Assembly (NCBI RefSeq): GCF_963921235.1
Contig: NC_086097.1
Span: 96,164,001-96,228,000, forward strand
Direction of reading: 5' to 3'
Source: Mobula hypostoma
Lineage: Eukaryota
DNA length: 64,000 bases
Each line of letters starts with the position of its first letter. Position 1 is the stretch's first letter. The notes beneath the pieces were generated by a model, which saw only the letters and a list, made by a program, of their open reading frames with translations, searched no databases and was not told the DNA's origin. Shown here in pieces: positions 22,941-34,320 of the stretch. The translations under genes and the position numbers were made by a program.

Positions 22941-25599
22941 CTGATCTTATGGTCAAACGGTCTTTTCCTCTGTAAGCATTTGTTCATGTGTGCTTGTGTC
23001 TCTGTACATGTGATCACATATAGTGTATCTGAGTATGTCTGAATGCACATGTATGTGCTGATGTGTGTATTAGTATATGTATGTGCTCGTGTTTGTGCGT
23101 TTAAATGTGAATAGGCATTCATTGCACACTTTAGTATCTGCATGTATTTATATGTGCTTTAAATAGGTGTGCGTGTCGCCCTCAGATGTGTTGCTGACTG
23201 AAAGTGCTTTATAGCTATGTTAATTCATTAAGATTGAACCCGCTGTAGTGCTCCTCACAGTGGAACTGCCTATAACCAACCAGGCCCAGTCTCTTGCACC
23301 GAGATTGCTGGCAGGCAGCCTTGTGAATTCTCTCAGGGAGAGTCAGTGCCTCAGGCAGGGAGGTCATCTGCCTGGGGGAGGAAGGTGTGTCCTGATTGTG
23401 ACAGAACTGACGAAAGATCTGGCACTGATGCATTTCAATTAGTGACGATGAGTAGAGAGAAGAAACTGCTCGAGTTAACAAATCCAACCAACTCTCACAC
23501 ACATATTTGTATAAGTAATATATCACAAAGTTACATAACAATCACTGGGTATTTGAGAAGCTTTGTATTCCCACAAGTAATTTCTCTTCAGTTTTTCCTC
23601 TGGCCTTTTGTGCTTGCTTTTCAATTAATACTATTGCCGTAAAACTCCTTGGAGACGCAGAAGCGTACAGAAACTGGACAAACAACCATTTGATGCGATG
23701 AGCAGACAGCATGTCATCCCCACGGAGAGGGACTGAGGCCATACTGCATGTGTGTGCGTGTGTGCATCTCTGCCAAGTTGAGGAGAAACTGAGCTGTGCA
23801 GGGACGAGACCAGAAGTCCAGGCCATCACTCAAGCTTATCCTCAGTCTTGGCAAGGCTGCTCACACGCACATCATCCGCCTCTGCCAGACTCCAGTTCTA
23901 CCTTTAACATTAGTCATTCCCTACTTACAATTATGCTATTCCCTTTTTTAAAAAAGTGATTACTTTCCCCTCTTCTCCGCTTGTTAATGTCTGCCTGGCC
24001 TGTTCTGCCCAGTCCACCCCGGACATTGTTTAAAGCTGCCTGCTGACAGGTGGCATTGATGTCTTGGGTTTTCAGCCCTTCAGTTTGTCTCCCTTCCTCT
24101 ACAGAGTCAACGGACTTTTTTACCTCTTCCATTTCTGATCGACCTCTGATTGTTTCTGCACCTTCCTACCCCAAATGCAATTTTATTAGAGATTCTGGGC
24201 AATATTTCAATGGTTTATGTTCATAACACTAACATATTCAGGGCTGACGGGCAGTCGGGCAAGAGGATGACGCAAAGTTAGCTCCAATCTGAATGTCAAA
24301 ACAATATCCAAGGCCGCCCAATCCTAAATATTCACTCCTTTCTCCAGGATGTCGGTTCCATCACCAATAACTCGGCACCCCTTGGGCCTTGCAGTGACAC
24401 CCTCAATCCATGAATGGACACCTGTTAAAGGGATCATCGATCCTCCTAAATTTTGATGAAGTTTGTTCAGCTCCCATTTTCTGATTCAGAGAGATAGGAG
24501 AGCCCCGGGATACCTCTCGCTGCACAAGTGGCCAAGCCCTGCTACATCACAACAGAGAGCAGTATTGCTCCCCACAACTGAGATCAGGGACCAACCGCTA
24601 AAACCAATTACATGTCAAGTGGCTTAGTGATTTGGTGGTTTTATGTCATTTCATGATATTATTTGAGCCAGCGTATTGTTAATTGTGAGACCATCAGCAT
24701 GAAATGTATCCGTGGTTGGTGCAGGATTAAATATCCTGTATTCTACTCTGCAATCTCAATCTCAGAGTTTGAGCTCCCACTACAACAGCCATTGCTACAG
24801 TGGATATACAAATGCTCACTGAATCAGCAAGCTGCTCGTCATTCTGACAGGAGATCGTCTGTCTGCTGGGTATTTCCAGAACTTTCTGTTTTTATTTCAG
24901 GTTTTCATCATTTTCAATTTTATCTGATCTTCAACAAAGTTGGCAATTCACTTTTATGAGCTCTCATCAGAAATAGGAGACTGGCTGATCCGGGGTGTGA
25001 ACAATCAGCACAGAGATGGAGTGCTCAGTGTTTATCGCATGGCATGATTCATTTACAATTTGCAGAAGAATAATCTCGCAGAACTGCTACCAGACAATTT
25101 TTTCCCCAGATTTCCTCAACATGGACTTTCCCCTTACCACAAACTAACTTTTCCCTTTTGAAATTGGTACGGCCTGTTTCACAGTCTCAGAATTTCCTGA
25201 AGCACTGTACAGACAAGTGAGTACTTTCTGAACTCGAGTAGATGTTTCAGTGTCGGATGCCTGGCAGCTCGTCTGCAGACTCCAAGCCCCCACCAGCTGC
25301 TCAGTGATAACACCCAGACTACTCGTATTACATTTCCCTTGCGCTGTTTTGTTGAAGATTAAAAAATGCACAACTCCCCGGCTCTTCAGAATTGTACTTC
25401 GGGATTTTTCACATTTGGAAGGACAACCAAGGTCAGTTTAACCACAGAATAGTTACGCCGTGGACGAGGGACACTCTATCGATCAAGTTCCCACAGGCTC
25501 TCTGTAACAGCAATCCAGCTGGTCTCGTCCCTTGTCCCCATCCTGTGCTCCTGCAGATCTCTGCCTTTCAGGTAATTATCCAGCTCCCTTGAATGATAC

Positions 25600-27600
25600 A
25601 ATTGATTCTGCTTGCACTAACCTCCTTGGCTGTACATTCCAGGCACCAGCCTGGCTGTATAAAAATAATCATATTACTTTTGGTTCTACTGCCAATTACC
25701 CTTCTTCTTTGTTCCCTGGTTCTTGACTCCTCTACCAACGGCAACAGTTTCTCTCTGTCCATTTTTAGGATTTTACAAACCTCCACTAAATCCTCTGTTC
25801 CAAGAAGAACAACATCAGCTGAAACAGTCTCTCTCCACTATTAAAGTCTCTCATCCCTGGAATCATTTTGGTACACCTTTTCTGCAACCTTACTAAACCC
25901 TTCTTATCTTTCCTTAAGTGTATTACCCAGGCCTGGACACAATACTTGGGTTGTGGCCAAGTCAATATTTCATAAAGGTTTATCATGGGGTCCTTCATTT
26001 TGCATTCTGTACCTTAGTTTACAAATCCAGGACCCTATGGTCTTTTTCAACCTCCTCCTTAACCTATCCTGCCACTTCTAATGAAATATACACATATTTC
26101 CAATAAGACCATAAATCATAAGACATAGGAGCAGAATTAGGCCATTCAGCCTATTGAATCTGCTCCACCATTTCATCATGGCTGATCCATTTCCCTCTCG
26201 ACCCCATTCTCCTGCCTTCTCCCCGTAACGCTTCATGCCCTGACCAATCAAGAATATATCAACTTTTGGCTTAAATACACCCAATAACCTGGCCTCCACA
26301 ACCACCTGTGGCAATGAATTCCACCGATTCACCACCCTTTGGCTAGAGAAATTCTCATCCCTGTTCTAAATGGGTGTCCTTCTATTCTGAGGCTGTACCC
26401 TCTGGTCCTCAACCCCCCACTATAGAAATCAACGTTTCCACATCTGTTCTATTTAGGCCTTTCAACATTCGATAGGTTTCAATGAGAACCCCCCTCACTC
26501 TTCTAAATTCCAGCGAGTAAAGGCCCGGAGGCATCAATCACTCCTCACATGAGTCAGTACCCAACGGGAGAAGTCACGGTTATACAACATGGCCCTTCAT
26601 CTCTGCAAGTTCATATTGACTATCACACACTCACTTACACTAAGAGGGATTCCAGAGACTGGAATCTGGTGCAACCCACAATATAGAACATAGAACAGCA
26701 TAGCACAGGAACAGGCCATTTAGTCTACAATATGCCGACCCAGCTAAAAACACCCAGACACTAACCCCTCCCTACCTACACAATGTTCATATCCCTCCAT
26801 CTTCCATACATCCATGTGCCGAACCAAAAGCCTCCAATGTAGTGTCAGATAAACAATAGATCATGGTCTCACTTTGGGTGCTTTGCTATTGCTTGGAGGG
26901 TGCTGGGTGCTGAAGTGGTTGGGGGAGGCTGATGTGTTGATGCTGGTTGCTGCTTGCTTGGGGAGGGGGCAGAGGGGGCTTTTGGGTTCTAATGTTTTTC
27001 TGTTGTTCATTCTTTTGGGTTCTGTTTTTTTCATGAATGTCTGTGAAGACTAAGTATTTCAGGCTGTATACTATGTACACTTCCTGATAATAAACGGAAT
27101 CATCTGAAGATTTGTATGTATTTGCCTCTACCACCATACCAGGCAGTGCATTCCGGGATCTATCACTCTCTGAGAAAAACAACTTACCCCTCACATGCTC
27201 CTTGGGCCTACCTCCCAAACCTGTACTCCTTTTAAAATTGACCCTTTTAGTTTATATTTATTGCTGCTTCTCAATGTTCCCATCAAGATGTACCATTTTG
27301 CATTTCTCAGCATTAAATTTTGTCTGCCTCCTGTCCGCCCTTTCTGCTGACCTGACCCCTACCTCCCTGTCCATTACTGGCCCTCTCACAGGTAGCAATT
27401 CCTCCAAGTTTTGTGTTATCTGTGAATTTGAAAATGGGACTAGCAGAAAACTACAGCACTGAAACAGGCCCTTCGGCCCATCTAGTCTGTGCTGACCCAT
27501 TTAAGCTGCCCAGCCCCATCAACCTGAAACCGGACTGTAGCTCTCCATACCCCTCCCTCCATGTACCTGTTCAAACCTCACTTAAGCAATGAAATCAAAA
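25600..27600 (-). mobile_element. Cluster of decayed CR1 3' fragments (~25600-26020, 26105-26545, 26680-27200, 27445-27600)
   Basis: Minus-strand ORFs VNRWNSLPQVVVEA, KFNAEKCKMVH and LTWPQPKYCVQAW, with repeated CR1 tails (catagaacag, aggcccttcggccca). Confidence 0.75.
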
Positions 27601-27699
27601 TTGAAATGGCATCCACGACATCCACCAAAACAATTACACTCAGGTCCCATGTATTATAAGAGATATAACGCGTCCTGCTAACACTCCCTTGTATCCTCC

Positions 27700-28465
27700 G
27701 AATCAGAATCCAGTTTATTATCACCGGCATGTGTCGTGAAATTTGTTAACGTAGCAGCAGCAGTTCAATGCAGTACATAATATAGAAGAAAAAAACAAAA
27801 TAAAATATTATTAATAATAAATAAGTCTATTACAGTATATGTATTTTGAATAGATTAAAAATGGTGCAAAAAATATGAGGGTGATTGATAAGTTCGTGGC
27901 CTAAGGTAGAAGGAGTCAATTTTAAAAAACCTAGCACATTTATTTTTCCTACATTTACACACCTGGTCCAGCAGTCGCGGAGCATACAGATTCCTTCTTT
28001 GTAGAAGTCGGCGTCTTAGACCTTCAGAAAGTGGTTCACATCAAGGGTGATTGATAAGTTCGTGGCCCAAGGTAGAGGGAGATGAGTTATTAACTTCAAA
28101 CTTTCTACTTTTCACTCAAAGACTTGAACTGCACACGCATGTAACGAAAGCTGTATAACTCATCTCCTTCTACCTTAGGCCACGAACTTATCAATCAGCC
28201 CTGGGCGCTGGAGATCCTCAGTAATGGACGCTGCCTTTCTGAGACACCGCTCCCTCAAGATATCCTGGGTACTTTGTAGGCTAGTGCCCGAGATGGAGCT
28301 GACTAGATTTACAGCCTTCTGCAGCTTCTTTCAGTTCTGTGTTCCATATCAGACAGTGATGGAGCCTGTCAGAATGCTCTCCACGGTACATCTATAGAAG
28401 TTTTTGAGTGTATTTGTTGACATACCAAATCTCTTCAAACTCCTCATGAAGTATAGCCGCTGTCT
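27700..28465 (-). mobile_element. Rex1/Babar-type LINE 3' fragment interrupted by a MITE
   Basis: Starts with the reverse tail gaatcagaatccagtttattatcaccggcatgtgtcgtgaaattt. Segment 28205-28465 is homologous in reverse to 880-1110. Confidence 0.75.
27876..28202. mobile_element. Mariner-type fold-back MITE, right arm truncated
   Basis: TA-flanked TIR gagggtgattgataagttcgtggcctaaggtagaaggag is repeated internally. Same family as 51324-51816. Confidence 0.85.
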
Positions 28466-28892
28466 TCACTGCTATTTAGCTGATTTTTTCTGTCCGCATT
28501 TTTACTCCCACTCCTGCAGAAACATATACAGCACCTTTTGGAAACCCCTACACACCAGATCAATAGCATTTCTCTCACTTCCTTCAATCTATTACAGCTT
28601 ACTGTTAATAAGTCCTTTCTCTAGCCAACTGACACTTCCCCAAGCGACTTCTCGCGTCTCTGTTGGCAGCTTCTTCACCATGACCGCTTGCATAAGCTAA
28701 GCTTTTATGTTAGACCGGGGCTTATGACTCCGACAGCACTAAAACCACGTTGTTCAGTGCTGTTTCAGTGAACTCAATGCTCTTCAATGGAATGCTAATT
28801 ATAATTCTCCAAATACGTGACTGGGTAGGAAGAGCTGTGTAAAAACTTCTCCTTTCTCTAACACGGAGAATTGCTGGGACAATCTCTGAAGC

Positions 28893-28893
<1 letters not shown>

Positions 28894-28930
<37 letters not shown>
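28894..28930. repeat. (AC)n microsatellite
   Basis: About 18 perfect AC units, embedded in a Penelope pseudo-LTR motif gcaacacaca..aaaatgttggaggaactc. Confidence 0.95.
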
Positions 28931-28935
<5 letters not shown>

Positions 28936-28949
28936 TTGGAGGAACTCTG

Positions 28950-29827
28950 CAGGCCGGGTAGCGGGTTCACTCATTGATGCAGAATGTGAGCCGGGTTCCG
29001 GAATGCAGAGGGGGTGATACTGTATACACCCAGAAATGTGGCCGGGGTCAGCGTCGGGACGGTGGGCGGCCGCAGGCGGGATCCGGAGTGCCCGTTTATT
29101 TCCCACTGCCTTTAAACACACCGGGATTGTTGGAAAATTCATTATGTTGCCGTGTGACGCTTTCGGTATTAATAGGAGTGAAATCCAGTTGTCCGGGAAA
29201 TGGGCTGATCTGGAACCGCCAAAGAAACCCCCCACTCCGCCGTCCCCCATCACGTTTAATGGAATCGCAAACTGCTGTCTATCTCAGAACCTATATTGTC
29301 GCTTTAAACTGCGTTGAACTAGCATTGCTTCTATAAGAGGGGTTCCAACTCCCTCTCCGGAGTCGTGGAGTCAAATATAATAATAAAAAAAATACGCCTG
29401 TCTTGGGGGAGAAAGAAGTGTCCCGTCTGTTGCAACAGCGGGTCTCCCAAAGCGCGAGCTGCTCACTCCCATTGGCCTGACATCACGAAACCAGGGTGAA
29501 TGAAGTTGGAGAGTTTGAGAGGGAGGGGAATCGGGGAGTACCCGCACTCTTTAAATGCAGAGAAAAAAGCCGGGTCGCTTCTGACAGCAGCCGGGAGCAC
29601 GGAACCAAGCGAACTCGGCGAAAGGAACGAGGCAAGCCCTGTCCTCCTTTTGTCCCCAGCTCTGGGCGACCGGCGCACGATAAGGCTACAAAGACAGGGC
29701 AGCGGACCCGGCAAGGAAGAGTGGGCAGAAGTTGGAGGTGTAAGTTTCGGGGACCAGCTGCCGGCCAGCAGGCCAATTATGCCAGGGAAGTAGGTGAGCG
29801 GGGACGCCGAGAGGCGTGGAGCCGGTC
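28950..29827 (+). promoter_or_regulatory. CpG-rich promoter and 5' UTR region of the CYP1 gene
   Basis: CpG frequency is sharply higher than in the flanks. Candidate TATA elements TATAAGA (29332) and TTTAAAT (29550), inverted CCAAT (29471-29475) and CRE-like TGACATCA (29478-29485). The TSS cannot be determined from sequence. Confidence 0.6.
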
Positions 29828-31420
29828 ATGGCTGAGGACTGGAACCAACAGGTGCAGCCGTTTTTGCTGGTGTCGCTGTTCCTTCTGGCTTGTCTGGAAG
29901 CGTGCAGGTGGATGCGACGCGGGGCCAGAGATCGCCGCCATCCGCCGGGACCCTTCGCCTGGCCGCTGGTGGGCAACGCCATGCAGTTGGGCAAGTCTCC
30001 GCACCTGACCTTCAGCAGGATGGCGCGGCGCTACGGCGACCTCTTCCAGATCCGCCTGGGACGACGAGACGTCGTGGTGCTGAACGGCGAGGCGACCATC
30101 CGCCAAGCGCTGCTACAGCACAGTGCCCAGTTCGCCGGGAGACCCGACTTCGCCTCATTCCGCCAGGTAGCCGGGGGACGGAGCATGCCCTTCGGCCGCT
30201 ACAGCCGCCAGTGGAAGGCGCACCGGCGCCTGGAGCAGTCCGCCGTTCGCTTCTTCTCCACGGCGGACGGCCAGGCTCGCCGCCTGTTCGAGCACCACGT
30301 CCAAGCAGAGGCTCGCAGTCTGCTGCGGGTCTTCCTGCGGCTGGGGGCAGGAGGCCGCCACTTCCAGCCGTGCCCCGAGCTGAAGGTGGCAGCCGCCAAT
30401 GTGATGTGCGCCTTGTGCTTCGGGCACCGCTATAGCCACGACGATGAGGAGTTCCGGCAGATGCTGGTCAGGATCGACCGCTTCGGCCGCGCAGTGGGAG
30501 CCGGCAGCCTGGTGGACACGATGCCTTGGCTCCAGACTTTCCCCAACCCGGTGCGCAGCATCTACCGCGACTTCCAGCAGCTCAACAACGAGTTCTTCGA
30601 GTTCGTCCGCTCTAAAGTGGAACAGCACCGGTGCACCTATCGGCCAGGCACCACCCGGGACATGAGCGACGCTCTTATCGGAGCGCTGGAGGGGGACCGG
30701 CCGGCCAAAGAAGCGCTCAGCCGCGAGCACGTCGAGGGCTCCATCACTGACATCCTGGGAGCGAGCCAGGACACCACATCGACCGCCCTGAGTTGGATCC
30801 TGTTCCACCTCATCCAGTTCCCGCAGCTACAGGCCAGGCTCCAGAGGGACATCGACGAAGTGGTGGGTAGGGACCGGCTGCCCGGTGCCCACGACAAAGC
30901 CCGTCTACCCTACCTGGAGGCTTTCCTCTACGAGATCCTGAGGTTTACCAGCTTCGTACCGATGACAATCCCGCACGCCACCACCTCGCCCGTGGATATC
31001 AAAGGCTATCACATCCCCCAGGACACGGTCGTCTTCATCAACCAGTGGTCGGTCAACCACGACAGCGACAAGTGGAAAGACCCCAGCACCTTCGACCCCG
31101 GACGGTTCCTGAACACGGACGGCACCATCAACAGGGACCTGACCAGCAGCGTTATGGCCTTCTCGGTGGGCAAGAGGAGGTGCATCGGGGAGCAGCTGTC
31201 TAAGATCGAAATATTCCTTTTCACCGCCATCCTGGTCCACCAATGCACCTTCGAGGCGAACCCTTCGGAGAAGCTGAGCATGGACGGCGACTACGGGCTG
31301 ACCATCAGACCCACGTCCTTCACTGTCCTGGTCAGGCTGAGGGACAAGTTCATCGACACGGAGACACCGCCCGGCGAGCCGGCTGACTACGCTACAACCC
31401 CCATCGTACTCAAAACGTAA
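29828..31420 (+). CDS. CYP1C1: Cytochrome P450 family 1, subfamily C (uninterrupted ORF, 530 aa)
   Basis: First in-frame ATG (gtcATGG) after an in-frame TGA at 29795. N-terminal anchor QVQP..LEACRW, then PPGPFAWPLVGNAMQLG, FAGRPDF, WKAHR, I-helix GASQDT, K-helix EILR, DPGRF and heme motif FSVGKRRCIG (Cys452 at 31181). The absence of a coding intron fits CYP1C rather than CYP1B1 or CYP1A. Confidence 0.92.
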   Translation: MAEDWNQQVQPFLLVSLFLLACLEACRWMRRGARDRRHPPGPFAWPLVGNAMQLGKSPHLTFSRMARRYGDLFQIRLGRRDVVVLNGEATIRQALLQHSAQFAGRPDFASFRQVAGGRSMPFGRYSRQWKAHRRLEQSAVRFFSTADGQARRLFEHHVQAEARSLLRVFLRLGAGGRHFQPCPELKVAAANVMCALCFGHRYSHDDEEFRQMLVRIDRFGRAVGAGSLVDTMPWLQTFPNPVRSIYRDFQQLNNEFFEFVRSKVEQHRCTYRPGTTRDMSDALIGALEGDRPAKEALSREHVEGSITDILGASQDTTSTALSWILFHLIQFPQLQARLQRDIDEVVGRDRLPGAHDKARLPYLEAFLYEILRFTSFVPMTIPHATTSPVDIKGYHIPQDTVVFINQWSVNHDSDKWKDPSTFDPGRFLNTDGTINRDLTSSVMAFSVGKRRCIGEQLSKIEIFLFTAILVHQCTFEANPSEKLSMDGDYGLTIRPTSFTVLVRLRDKFIDTETPPGEPADYATTPIVLKT

Positions 31421-33171
31421 TAATCTCTTATTACCAGGCAGCCCGGTAAAAAGAGACTCTGGCTCTAAGCATGTTTGATACGAGCCAAATACTTAAAGAG
31501 AATGTAATCCGCAGGAGATCTTTATGCGATTTGGTATCGGTGTTTCATACCGAACCGGCTCCCTCTCACTTCTTAAACCAGCTGCTTCTGAACCCCATTT
31601 CCTAGAAATCGGACCCTGCTCAGAGTTGGCGGCGCTGAATCTGGGGCTTTCTCCTCTGCCCATCTCTGGGAAACTGTCATTAAAAAAAAATGTCCTACGA
31701 CGTTTAGCATCAATTTCGTGCATCAGTGCGGGAGCTGAACTGGCCCAGTCAGGCACTGGTAGCTGCCGCGTCCTGGTTTGGATGGTCCGACCTCAGGAGA
31801 TGCGATTCGACGGCAAGCACCGGCCAGCCGCGGAAGAAACTGAGGGAAAGGAACCAGGGGTGAGGAGAGAGGGTGCCCCGGCAACTCTTCCCTGTTTTCT
31901 GAGAACAGCAGAGTATGAAAATGGCCCATTTTTCTTTAGAGAGGAAAACAATTGTAGCGAGTTAATTTGAACAAGAAGGTCGTAGATAGTAAAGGTCCCT
32001 TTCATTGAACCATGCTGACAGACCTTAAATGTTACACTCTTTCTCTCTCCATTGATGTCTTTTTGTCTCATTTGAATGGAAGTGTGAAGTTGCATCGAAA
32101 ACTCCGACCTGCTGGCGGCACCTGGCAGAAACACGTCGTGCGTGGGCTGTAGCACTGTTAAAGTGTGCAGAGGACACGGAGCAAATTTCGCAGGTGGAAA
32201 CTCCCAAAGAGAGCAAGTCTCCGTAAGTGATCACTTAGTTATCATAGCAAGAAAATGGGTGCATTAATTATCCCGCAGAAGACACCTTAATTCTGGAGAC
32301 TTTTCACGAAACGTAAATCTTAAATTTTAAAAGTTAACTTCATAATTTTAAATTTTAAAGTTAACTTTATGAAAACTTATTGTATCTTTAAAAATAAGAC
32401 TTTTCAGTAGCTGACAGATTGAATGCGCTGTGCTGCACTGAGATTTGAACTGTGGTCAGCTTTAGTCTGGATGGGAAACGCAGTGATATGAAAACGCGTC
32501 AACAAGCTGAAGCCGTCTTACTATGTAGTTAGTACCTGTGTCTTTGTTGTGGGTGCATTGGGATGGGACCAGTCGAGATAGTGGTGATATATCTGGGATG
32601 TCTTTAAATGAAGTTTATGCTATCTTGCGCTGGCTGATGCTTCCATTTTTATTTGCACTGGAAGTGACCAAATAATTGTTTTTCAACTCCAAACAGCGTC
32701 CCAATTCTGTCTCCCTCAAATTTCATATATACATTTGTAATGATTTTCTGCATTTCTTTTTTTTTGGCGGGGGGTGGAGGATTATTGTCGTGTAGTGGGG
32801 ACAACTTGATCAGTGTTTGCCTTAACATTTAGCATGTCGGAGATTGCGAGCAGAGGACAGGAGAGACCTTTAGTGATACGGATCTAATATTCCAGCCATT
32901 TAAATAATTGTTGCTAATCGACAGCCGATGAAGTGAGCAGAGGGAATGTGCCGCGGTTCTGAGATCTTCCTGTGCACCCCGAGCCTTTACTACAGTCATC
33001 TTGATTATCAAGAACCAATCGACGTTATGTCTGGGAATTAAAAAAAGGGAGCGGCGTAAGGCCCGCCTTAGCCCTGCACCTGTACCCCATGGACCCACAG
33101 AGCCATACAAATGAATGTGTATCCACTAAGAAAGAAAAAGCAAATTCTACACAAGACCCACCAGCATCTGG

Positions 33172-33177
33172 AATAAA
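33172..33177 (+). other. Candidate polyadenylation signal for the CYP1C transcript
   Basis: First canonical AATAAA I noticed downstream of the stop codon, in AT-rich repeat-free sequence. An ATTAAA variant lies at 31679-31684. Confidence 0.3.
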
Positions 33178-33699
33178 TATAACTTCCACGGTGCATCATT
33201 TATTAGAACTCAATTATTAAATTCAACAGTAGTGCAGCTAATAATTAAAATATGATATAATAGGGGGCGGTTTAATGAGCTCATATTAAATATTTTCTTT
33301 CCTCCTGCAAATCTGTTTAATTGGTGTTTTTATGTTTCATTTTGCATTTAGTCACATTGCTTCTTCAATACCACATCAGATTAGTGTTAATGGTGTGTAT
33401 ATGTACAATATGTTTCATTTCATTGTATCTGACTATGTACAAGTTATTTTAATGAATGTATTCCACAGTATTGCTACCACTGTGAACTTTGATAACATAA
33501 ATGTATTTTTATATCACATTCACAAGCCTGTGTCCATTTTCTTTTGTTTTTGTTCTGAGCTGGGAAATGTCTACAATATAACTTTAAAAAAGTTTGTATT
33601 TCTATAATTGGCCATAATCAACAACATTTCCTGTTGGTGAAATAGTTCACTGGTTTCATGGGTCAATAATTTGTTAAGTCATCTGCTGTGCTGCTGTGT

Positions 33700-34320
33700 C
33701 TTAAATGACACGGACAGCCTCCTCTACATTGGCGAGACCCATTGAGCACCTCTGCTCCATCCACTGGAAGCCGAACTTCCCGGTGGCCAAACATTTTAAT
33801 TCCAATTCCCATACCCATTCTAACATGTGGGTCTATGGCCTCCTCTTGTGCCCCAATGAAGCCACCCTCATGGTGGAGGAGCAACACCTTGTATTCTGGG
33901 TAGCCTCCAATCTGATGTCATGAATATTGATTTCTCCTTCTGATATAAAAAAATCCCTCACCCTCCCCTCCTCTTCTATTCTCCACTCTGGCATCTTATC
34001 TCTTCTCACTTGCCTATCACCTCCCTCTGGTGCTCCTCCCTTCCTCCTATGGTCCACTCTCCTCTGTTATCAGATTCCTTCCTCTCCAGCCCTTGACCTT
34101 TCCTAGACACCTAGCTTCACCTATCACCAATGAGATATCCTCCTCCCCCCCATCCCCACCTTTTATTCTGCTGTCTTCCACCTTCCTTTCCAGTCCCGAA
34201 GAAGTGAATTGGCCCGAAGCTTCAACTGCTTATTCATTGTCCATAGATGCTGCCTGACCTGCTGAGTTCTTCCAGCAGGGCAGGTCACCATTTTGCTCTG
34301 GATTTCCAGCATCTCCTGTG
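33700..34320 (+). mobile_element. Penelope-like element 3' end (GIY-YIG remnant and pseudo-LTR)
   Basis: ctctacattggcgagacc encodes LYIGET, followed by PVAKHFNS, a pyrimidine-rich tract, a degenerate hammerhead (34191-34228) and gatgctgcctgacctgctgagtt. Confidence 0.8.

Noticed and set aside
29816..29827. GTG start of the 534-aa ORF in the track
   Set aside because: This is a eukaryotic gene. The ATG at 29828 has good Kozak context and precedes the membrane anchor.
29496..31281. Overlapping ORFs in other frames and on the minus strand of CYP1C (e.g. 30155-30808, 29890-30435)
   Set aside because: Expected by-products of GC-rich coding sequence, with no recognisable domains.
32318..32372. Short AT-rich duplication ttaaattttaaa(a)gttaactt
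   Set aside because: A two-copy low-complexity slippage duplication with no evidence of function.
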